Assembly: GCA_965203295.1 (NCBI GenBank)
Contig: CBDBCZ010000016.1
Location: 832,001 to 896,000 of the forward strand
Origin: Nitrospirales bacterium
GTDB lineage: Bacteria > Nitrospirota > Nitrospiria > Nitrospirales > UBA8639
Reading direction: 5' to 3'
Length of the DNA stretch: 64,000 nt
The position numbers and the translations under genes are program-made. The notes under the pieces were generated by a model that worked only from the letters and a program-made list of their open reading frames with translations, searched no databases and was not told the DNA's origin. This document shows, one piece after another, positions 41,601-49,890 of this stretch; positions within the stretch are counted from its first letter, which is position 1, and each line of letters starts with the position of its first letter.

Positions 41601-44600
41601 GCCCGTTATATCAACTTGGCAGTCTGTTCGCCACTACTGTGTCATGCAGCTTCGTAGTGTGTGGCTGCACATAGGCAATAACCTGCAGCTCTCACTTGAT
41701 GAGCGTTCCTTTTTTATAATGCAGTGTATGCAGAACCTATTGGAGGTAATGTTTTAGTAGTAGTGTAATTGATATTTCAGTAGAGTGAACCTTGTTTTTG
41801 TTCTATAGGTAAGTATCAGGCAACCACATCTCTTGAAAAGTGGGAAGTTTGACGAACTTGAAGATTTGGATGACTATGAAAAGATGTGGCATCAGTTGAT
41901 TTTTACACCTTCCTTTGATAATGTTCATGAGAAGGTAATGGCTGTTTATTATCACTATTTAGCCCCCTCTAGCCCATTGTGAACTAACTTTCCAATTTTA
42001 GTTTGCAGAACACTGTAAGCTCACAAAGAATGCTTTGTTCGAAGACCTGAGGTATGTTCTAGTGCATTCTGTGTGTCCTAAGCAGTGTTTCATGCTATTC
42101 ACTTTGTACCTGTACAGCTGTCTAGAGGTCCACTATCCCCACTTTCCTACAATGGATGAGTTTTCCCAGACCATGCTATCATCAGTAGACATTGGTGATG
42201 CCTCAAAGAATGAATTCTATGTATTGTCAAAGTTTGTTTTGGAGTATCCTCGCCTAAAAGCTGCTGGAGCACTGCTTCCTGATTTGCTGGAATTTTACCA
42301 GTGGATACACAGTGAATTGGCATACTTGGTCACCCGTAAGTATGCAGAAAAAGAAAGTATTGGGACGGTAATCACCAAAGCAGAAGAGAAGTATGCAGGA
42401 ATTGACCTTAATAAGCTGTATGAAAAAGTGAAAGGTACCATAACGTTTTTATAACTGGTATTAAAGACAGTCGCAATATATTATGTTGTTATCTTTATCT
42501 AGGTGGCTACAACAAGTATGCAGAAGTCACTGGATACTCTATTGGTGCCGGTGCCTGTGCTAACACCAAGAGAGAAGGAACTGTCCTTCAAATCCAAGAT
42601 GATACCAAGCTCAAGAACTTCCTCTCTGTGGATACTGAAGACCAGTGGGAAGGCAGTGATCTGTTACGTGTCGTAATACAAGATATCGTAAGGGCCTATA
42701 GTAGATGATAGCTGTAGTGATTGTGAGACTGTCTTTAATTTTCTTTTCAACAGATTACCTTCCACAACAGTTTTCTTCAGACTGTTTTTGATGTGAGTAA
42801 CGCTTCAGAGCATTCTATTGAGCCATCTGAGCATGAAATGGATCCTATCCATCCAAATGAAGTGAATGAAGATGTCATGATTATTGGAAAAACTGTCAAG
42901 TGAGTTGAGCAAACTGACAGATTTAATCTTCATATAGCACTTATTTTATTTCAATATCTAGGAGTCATGGAATTGATGAACATCTGCAGTTAGTGCGCAG
43001 TCGTTATTTGCACCCTATTCAAGACGAAGCGTGTCCTTTTGATCTCAAACGACTGCAGAGTGATGTGATCAAAACCTACTTATCAGGAAAACCCTCAATT
43101 TGCCACCTGCCAGACGGTGGTCACGACCGGATTCTTTTTAAGTTCAAAAAGGAACACATTGACAAACTAGTCTTGGAAGGTGCCGACCTTGACCTATCAG
43201 TTATTTCAGAGTACATTACAGATGAATTCAAGGTATTTCTATCTACTGTTTTAGCTCCCCTGTTCATTTCTCATCATTATTATGGTATTGGTAATGCAGC
43301 TCCCACTGGATGGATTAGCAAAGGCCCTTGAATATGAGTTCTACACAGCTGACTACCACACACTAGTGAAAGTCATCACTGGGCTAAAAGTTGCCACTGA
43401 ATATCTTATCAAGGTATGCATGAAATATGAAGTGAAAAGCTAATGTGTGGATCCAGATGCTTTATTCCTTGCAGAGCATTCAACTGCCAGATGAAATTGA
43501 AGTCAAAGGTACTGATGAACTGACATTACCTCAGTTTTTACTTCTAGTTTTCAAAGTACCTGAAGAAACAGAAGAAAATATAATGGAAAACATTGGAATA
43601 AAAGGGTCAGTGGTGTTTATTTATCTTTGTCATAATTCTATCTATTCATTCTTGATATGTCTGTAGTCTCCCTCAGTCTCAGCTGGAATACTTACTCTCT
43701 CTGAAGCTCCCTTTCTTATACTCCACACTGGAGCAGTTTGTACAATGGGTGAAGGATGGAATGTATGATTTCCATCAGCTTCCATTGGTGATGAGGAAGC
43801 ACCTGGAACCACAAGATGAAGCAGCATTGAATAGTATTCAAAGTAGCCACATGTATCCAGGTATTGTGTACAATAGTGCACCCGTATCATAATTACCCTG
43901 TGGTTTAACTCAGGTGGGGTTTCTCTTACCTTAGGCGGTCCCAATGCACTGCTTCATGAGATGCAGGCTCTCACTGACGTTCTCGTGCACTCAGAGTCAG
44001 ACATAAGAAAGACTATCTCTAAGCATATGGAGGTGAGTGATACACTTCACATGTATGATCAGATCAAACTTGTGTGAAAATACATAATATATTATCATTT
44101 GCAGAAACCCATTATGGAATATCTGGGAGAATATGGACTTTGTGGTGATTGTGAACAGCTGACAAAGTTGATCCCCAATTCAGTCCTTTGCCAGCACTAC
44201 GTGGCACTTCGTATCTTCCTTCAACGGTAAGCACTATGTATAGTGCACTGATTTTTACTTCTGCACTCAAAGTCCTTACTAGTTTACTAACTTTTCATGT
44301 TCATTGTATATTTGACAGAAAAATAGCAGAGGTACAGAGTAGGAGTCGTGAGCAAGTGGAGAGCCAGGGAGACCGCTGGGTAGAGTTTGTACAGGACCTT
44401 TGGGATGAAGATGGACTCAAACACCTTTGGGATGTTGCTATGCCATATGTCAATGATCACCAGTTTGTGTTTGACCCAGCTACTCAAATGTATGGGTTCC
44501 AGAGCTTCCAAATGGAAGATGGGATAGAAGCAGAAAAACCCCTTTCGTTCGTTCTTACTGAAGAGGAGGAGGAAGACACAGAGCGGCCGGCATCACCTGA

Positions 44601-45033
44601 GCAACCTTCAGTAACAGAACCACAAGAAACTCCTCAGCCACCGTCAGTATCTCCTAAGAGTAAGTACCGCTCTTGCTACTATAAGCTCAAGCCAGCATTG
44701 CTACTAACTATTGATTAACGTGCACTTCTTTGCAAGACTAAACTATGCATTGCTGGCAAGATACCTCTAACTTGTGTTTCCTGTCCCCTAGTCACTGGAA
44801 ACGTCACAGACCTCAAAGACGTTGCTGAGAATATCACGGTTGAAATGGTGGCAGAGCTTTTGCACAACTGGAAGTTAGACAAATACATAGACCTCTTCTC
44901 TTCTAATGATATTGATGGCTACCTCCTGTTCACATATTCTGAAAAGGACTTGGAGGATCTTGGAGTTGCCAGTGGCATTGATCGACGCAGAATTTTACGA
45001 AACATCACAAAGTATGTAAACGAATTGGCTTGA
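14273..45033 (+). CDS. RNF213-like: Giant multi-exon RNF213/mysterin-like AAA+ ATPase (gene span; PA-like N-terminal module, AAA+ core, C-terminal SAM)
   Basis: Dozens of GT-AG-bounded coding exons, all on +; the junctions I checked are phase-compatible. RNF213-type motifs occur in the expected order: PGNGKTHYI, YVLTLDYTLKMLNIHERYECGIPVIIEGETGVGKT, LDEINT..GLLKEIIVDR, IIASCNPHR, LWDYGSL, SVSLRDIER, TEALKENVF, PLIIVGDPGSSKT, VVFMDEAGL, ISNHVLDAAKTNRA, FGLRDF, PAPFLNRFEK. Stop at 45031-45033; AATAAA at 45162. Confidence 0.88.
17180..17558. repeat. Recent tandem duplication, 188-bp unit x2, intronic
   Basis: ATTATCATGCCTGATTACT... recurs at 17181 and 17369 with only a few substitutions. Confidence 0.93.
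19334..19376 (-). ncRNA. Candidate minimal type I hammerhead ribozyme (Penelope-like) within an imperfect palindrome at 19305-19545
   Basis: The minus strand reads ACCA-CTGATGA-T-GACCAC-TGCAAAGC-GTGTC-GAAA-TG-TT-TGGT, giving both core boxes, stem II and a 4-bp stem I. Confidence 0.5.
21506..22985 (+). CDS. Large RNF213-like exon (helical region before the AAA+ core)
   Basis: 1480-nt exon inside the 549-aa ORF 21372-23021; acceptor ggtag|, donor |gtaagt; contains FKQEFELITAQLQH..VLNHL. Confidence 0.8.
25770..26350. repeat. Dispersed repeat; other copies at ~11200-12290 (interrupted) and ~28900-29230 (partial)
   Basis: Shared blocks CCAGGCTAGCACAA, TCAGCCGTGATT..ACTCTC(G/A)A, GAATACACTTA(C/T)TCAC. 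Confidence 0.7.
26494..26518. repeat. (TA)n microsatellite
   Basis: About 12 TA units. Confidence 0.9.
26535..26932. mobile_element. MITE with ~85-bp degenerate inverted repeats
   Basis: AAGTAGTT..GTAGGTAGGAGTTAGGCCTCAATAGTTACTT versus AAGTAACTAATGAGGCCTACTTCCTACCTAC..AACTACTT. Confidence 0.7.
26992..27696. mobile_element. MITE with ~50-bp TIRs
   Basis: TGTAGGAACGCAAACGCGAAACCAACGCAATTGTGAAACTAACGCAAA versus TTTGCGTTAGTTTCGCAATTGCATTGGTTTCGTATTTGCGTTCCTGCA. Confidence 0.78.
28298..28602 (+). CDS. RNF213-like exon with the AAA3-type Walker A motif
   Basis: IPVIIEGETGVGKT; canonical splice sites. Confidence 0.85.
30307..30387 (+). CDS. RNF213-like exon with a Walker B motif
   Basis: 81-nt exon translating AYLDEINTASCLGLLKEIIVDRTIDGK; too short for the ORF track. 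Confidence 0.8.
31841..33271 (+). CDS. RNF213-like exon with the AAA4-type ATPase module
   Basis: GDPGSSKT Walker A, VFMDEAGL Walker B, LDAAKTNR and FGLRDF; bounded by cag| and |gtaagc. Confidence 0.88.
35537..36827 (+). CDS. Large RNF213-like exon (late AAA region into the E3-module region)
   Basis: Covers ORF 35649-36869, with FVLLLHFPP..GWGHYYLDTI and PRFPFF motifs typical of RNF213. Confidence 0.8.
44792..45033 (+). CDS. Terminal exon encoding a SAM (sterile alpha motif) domain
   Basis: ITVEMVAELLHNWKLDKYIDLFSSNDIDGYLLFTYSEKDLEDLGVASGIDRRRILRNI fits the SAM consensus. It joins in phase 1 from the exon ending ...CCTAAGA|gtaagt. Confidence 0.85.
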
Positions 45034-45497
45034 GAATTGACATAAAAGTAAACATTTTTTTGAATTACAGTTAGTTTGATTATGCTTTGCTGCTTTACAT
45101 ATACTGCATGGTTGCTGGTTTTGACAAATGTGTTGATAGGTTTAGTAGACTTTCTAGTAACAATAAATTGCTGCTTGTGTGTACTGGTTGCTGCTATATA
45201 TTGACATATATTGTGTCACAATAATGGTGCTTTGGAACAGATTTGCAGAGCTATACGTATAGTACCAACTATTTCCCTATCTTAGCCAGATTCTTAGTGC
45301 CTGTTCAGAATAAGTGTATGTATCTTATTGTTATAAATTGAACACGTGTCAGCACAATGATATGCTTGTAAATGGCATGCATGCATCGGCCAGAGTATAG
45401 TTAGGTGTGATCCATTTCTCTTAAAAGGTAAAAGACTATAGCTTGCATGCAGGAGCATGGCAAACGATGGTAATGGTCCCTCTAATTATTCACTCAC

Positions 45498-46357
45498 CCC
45501 TTCTGTAACTCTCTGTGTAAATACATCATTCTGTGAGATTTGTCTCTTCAAACTCTTGGTGAATGACTCCGCTAATGGAGGAAGTACGAAGCAAAACTTA
45601 TCACCAGCATCATCACTCAGAGTGCTGGTCTGCATGACATTGACTGTTGTATCTTTTAAGAACCTCACCACACATCATCACGGGAATAGCGGTGCAGTTA
45701 CGTACTAACCTTTCTGCTTGGCGTCCCTGATGGAGTCAGGCAGTCCCTTGAGGGCACCTGTTCAGCCAGGAGCTCAACATGGAGGAGAACTTTTTCACCT
45801 CCTGAGCAAGCTTTGTTCCCATGCAGTCTCCACTCATGTTGCCAACTTTTATTGCATGGGGAGAAAAGAATTGGCCAGTGTTGCATATTGGAGACTGGGA
45901 ATGAGGCTACATTGTATCAGGAACTAGGCTGGAAGAGAGGAGGGGAGCATCGTTACCTAGCTCACATCTCAACCAGATGGTAATTGCCAGACAACATGGA
46001 CAGATAATTGTGAAGACACACAGCTCCAGACACTCATACAGACATACCTCTCCAGATACTCATACAGACAGACTCTCCAGATAATCATACAGACAGACTC
46101 TCCAGATAATCATGTACACATGCAGGTATACACACCTCCAGATCAGACAGGTAAGCACACCTCTCCAGACACTCATACTGACAGGCAAACACACCTCTCC
46201 AACCACTCTTACAGACGGTAGCATACTGATGCGGCCACTTTGGCATGGATGTACTGACAGTTGCCTTGTGTGAAGGCAGTGAAACGGGTGAAAATGTAGG
46301 CAGCGGACAATTCTCTGTGAGAAAGGGGAGGAGGATGATGAAGTTCAAACCCGGGTG
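45498..46357 (-). pseudogene. RFX-family (RFX4/6-like) gene relic covering the region C-terminal to the DNA-binding domain
   Basis: Three spliceable segments: 46357-46213 FTAFTQGNCQYIHAKV; 45801-45710 EVKKFSSMLSSWLN/ALKGLPDSIRDAKQK (needs a 1-nt frameshift); 45571-45498 AESFTKSLKRQIS. They resemble, in order, recalled RFX4 motifs [36 protein letters not shown] and FSQILRRQTS. Confidence 0.5.
46024..46200. repeat. Degenerate short tandem repeat CTCCAGA(C/T)A(C/A)TCATACAGACA
   Basis: About 6-7 imperfect copies of a ~24-26-bp unit. Confidence 0.7.
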
Positions 46358-46995
46358 CTGCGTGAGAAAATTTACAACTGGACACACAAGAAGGGCGAGC
46401 AATATGCATATGTATGTCATGCATATACGTATGTCATAAAAAGATGACTTCATCCGTCATAATTGAAGGCTGAGAACCAGAGTGATCTAACCCACAAAAT
46501 TTGAACTTACCCCTCTCATACTCTCAAAATGTGCTTCAGAAGCTGCTGAAAATTTAAGATTTTCAAACATATGTTCACAGGGTACACACGTTTAATTTTT
46601 TACTTCATTATTGTGTGTTTCATGCAATTTCCAGTACTTGATTATGGGTTAGGCCACTATATGGTTCTCAAACCTTCAATTGTAATTCCGTGCTTGCAGT
46701 GTTTTGGCTGTACTTACAAAAACAAGCTGTATTATTAAAGGTGTTCTCTATGCGTGTTGTGACTCCGTTGAGAGCATTCTTCAAATCGATGATCCCGCTA
46801 CTTTTATCTTTACAGCAGCACGTCCTGCCAGATTAGCTACGTCAAAGACAGGACTCGTCGTGCTTGCTAGACTCGTTCCCATGCCCAATATAGGCCTTGG
46901 GTCCAGGACTAGGTGGCGGACGCCAGTCCGGTAGAAGAGCCGTGAACGGCCAACGCGTAATAATGGCGTGGTCACTTCCTGGTGCATGGTTGCAG

Positions 46996-47024
46996 CATAG
47001 ATAATATAGGCTATATTATCTATG
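46996..47024. mobile_element. 29-bp CATAGA..TCTATG palindrome with 7-bp TSD (P-like footprint)
   Basis: GTTGCAG|CATAGATAATATAG-G-CTATATTATCTATG|GTTGCAG. Confidence 0.75.
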
Positions 47025-47178
47025 GTTGCAGTTGCACCGTCGCGACTTCAGATAATTAACGTCTTCTAGACTGTTGATGATGATAGCAACTGCCAAGTGT
47101 CTGAAAATTGCGGTGAAAGGACTGCCTTGCCTTCTGAAAATCACGGTGAAAGAACCGGTCTTGCTTTCTACCCATGAT

Positions 47179-47364
47179 TAGTCTCGCGGGCCAGACTAAC
47201 TTTTCGCCGCCTCCGTGGGAAAAGTAAGTCTGGCCATCCGCTTATTCCATCTTGGTGCAAGTGCGCCGGAATGCTGGCGCATTGTTCTTTTGCAATTAAA
47301 CGCGTGACGTCACGTACAATGACAATCCGTTTCCGGCGAAAAGTTGGTCTGGCCCGCCAGACTA
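47179..47364. mobile_element. Young 186-bp MITE with TAG..CTA termini and a 9-bp TSD
   Basis: TIRs TAGTCTCGCGGGCCAGACTAACTTTTCGCC and GGCGAAAAGTTGGTCTGGCCCGCCAGACTA; ACCCATGAT on both sides (47170-78, 47365-73). Confidence 0.88.
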
Positions 47365-49890
47365 ACCCATGATCAGGTATATGAGCAGCTGTTCAAGTGT
47401 TTTTGTTGGGCGGATTTACTAGATTAGGCTTATAGGGTTGGGGTAGAGTTAGAATAAAGATAAGAATTTCGCTGCGCAGTTTATAAGTTATATAGAATAC
47501 GCAGAGCGAAAACCCAAAGCAATTTCACAGATTTATAAAAAAAATTATGCTCCCAATTAGCTAACATGTTGTGTAGGCCACTTACGAAGGTCTTAAAGAT
47601 CATAATGTTTCACTCAAGGACAGACAGACAAACTAATGCGCTTTGCAGCTGCAGTGGCTTATTATAATAGTAGATCCTTTGAGGTAATTACTGGCTCCAT
47701 GTGGCTCAGGCCAGATTCTGTCAGCACTATACTGACACTTACTGCATGGCAGATGCTAAATTTAAACGTCAAGTTGTGTGGTAATTCCATACAACTCGAG
47801 ATTACAGAACTTCACCTTTTTTAACATAATTATATCCAGGCAAGTTTGTAACCAACTTTTCTTACTACAGAGTTGTTCAGGCCACTAAAAGAGTACTTGC
47901 TCTGCACAAACACGAGTGCATGCAAATATAGTTTAGCGAGCGAAGCGAGCTCAACCATACTTGCAAATGTTCGCACTCCATCTCCTTCCATGTTATTCGT
48001 CAATGACACAGCTATACAAGCAAGCTACATGTGTATTCATGCAGGTTAATCAGAAAAAGCTTTTTTGTCTATTATGCAACACTTCATATCAATTTCAGCT
48101 GCATCAATAGAGGAACCCTAGCTGGTTTACAGCAACCCTTTCATTGTTGTCTACATCCTGCCGAAACTACGCACAATGTTCTGTATTAATGGCCTTGTTA
48201 TAAATTTTTCAACCGCGTGTGCATGAAATAGCATGGCAGCATAGCTCTCAGGTTGCATCAAGCCACTGTAGCTTCCTGCACTGGTAAATTTTCATTTGCT
48301 AATGTAACTTGCTTGCACAGATTTTAAGTTTCACTTTTTTTTATTGAGAATACTACTTTTATCTGAGCTAGTCCCACACTAGCAAGTTGGCTCTGCATTT
48401 CTATCTGTTTGTATTATGGTACATACACTGAAATTATGAAAGGGTTGTCTTATGGATATACCTACTGTATTAACGCAGCTATTATTGGGTGTGGGGGTAT
48501 GCTTTAGACGTTTTGCTGACTGCATGTGGCTGGGAATGGGAGTACCCCCTGAACAAATGAACTGCAAAAAAAAATGTTTGGCATCCAGGTGAATGATCTC
48601 TGTCACGGAGAGCTAAGAGAGGGGAACTAACCTAGTGGATTGCTTGATCTCCAGTGCTCATATCTGAGCTTAGAGAGTGGCAACACAAATTCTGCCAACC
48701 TGGGAGTTGCAGTAACCCTTACTTCATAAAACAGCATTATAGACACTCACGATTTCTGCCTCGAGCTCATTCTGCAGCAAGAGCTCAATGTCACGTTATA
48801 TTTGGACCCCCACAAAAATAACGTACCCGTGGAACAAGTTCTGTATGCATGTATGTGTACACCATCAGCCACTGTTTGCTTGTCAATTACGACAGTGTTG
48901 GGATCACACTTGATGACTTCAGTTAACAGCCTCACTGAACTGATGTTTCCCAGTGCACAAGCTCAAAGCAGTTGTGTTTCTATATTCATGTCTTTATTCA
49001 TTCGCTGTATTTCGTTCTATTCACTGTGTGCTGGCTGCTCAATAGAAAAACAAATTGTACGCTGTTTCTTTCAAGATCAGGCAGTATCCCAAAGGGACTT
49101 TGATGCTGCTGTTCCACACAGAGTCCTGTACCCAGAAGGGTATATATCATGAACTACTATCATTTTGCAATATATGTACATGCAAATATAACATGTAAAT
49201 TATTTTGTCTCAATTTTCTACTTTAGAAACTTGTACTATAAATCCTGTACTACATGTATTGTGGAAATCATTCTGTCCAGTTGTATAAACAGATGTATTA
49301 AACCTTGGCTGGGAAAGAGTATAGTCTCTATACGATAGTGCATACATAACAGTCAGGGTTTCATCCAGTGCATGGGAGTGACAGGGGATCGAAGCTCCCC
49401 CTCAAAAAGCAAAGCTTCCCTCCAAACAGATCAAGCAATGATTAAGAAACCTCATAATATTATTAACAAGCTAAGTTTCATGTCACCGAAGCTCCTCTCC
49501 AGAGTAGCCTCAGAAGCCACCAGATGGAGGCAGTGAAAAGTTAGTCTTGCACATGAGACTATGTATACATGTACTAGATGTGAGCACTGTCATGTGCTCG
49601 AGCATGAGTACAGCTCTGTCCCCCCACCCCAAAATATATCCTTGATGAAACCATAACAGTGTGTTCATCAAAGAGCATGTAGGGTTGGAATCACAAAGTA
49701 TTAAAGTAACCAAAAAGGACACCACGAAACTTTCAAAAACATTACCATCCTTACATCTTGTCAATACACACACACACCACAATTGACGAAGTTGCTGCTT
49801 GACTAACAAGGAACTCTGGCATAAAGTAATTTCCAGTTCACATATTACAACAATATTATGTATAGAGAAAGTCAATCAGCATCTGTACAG

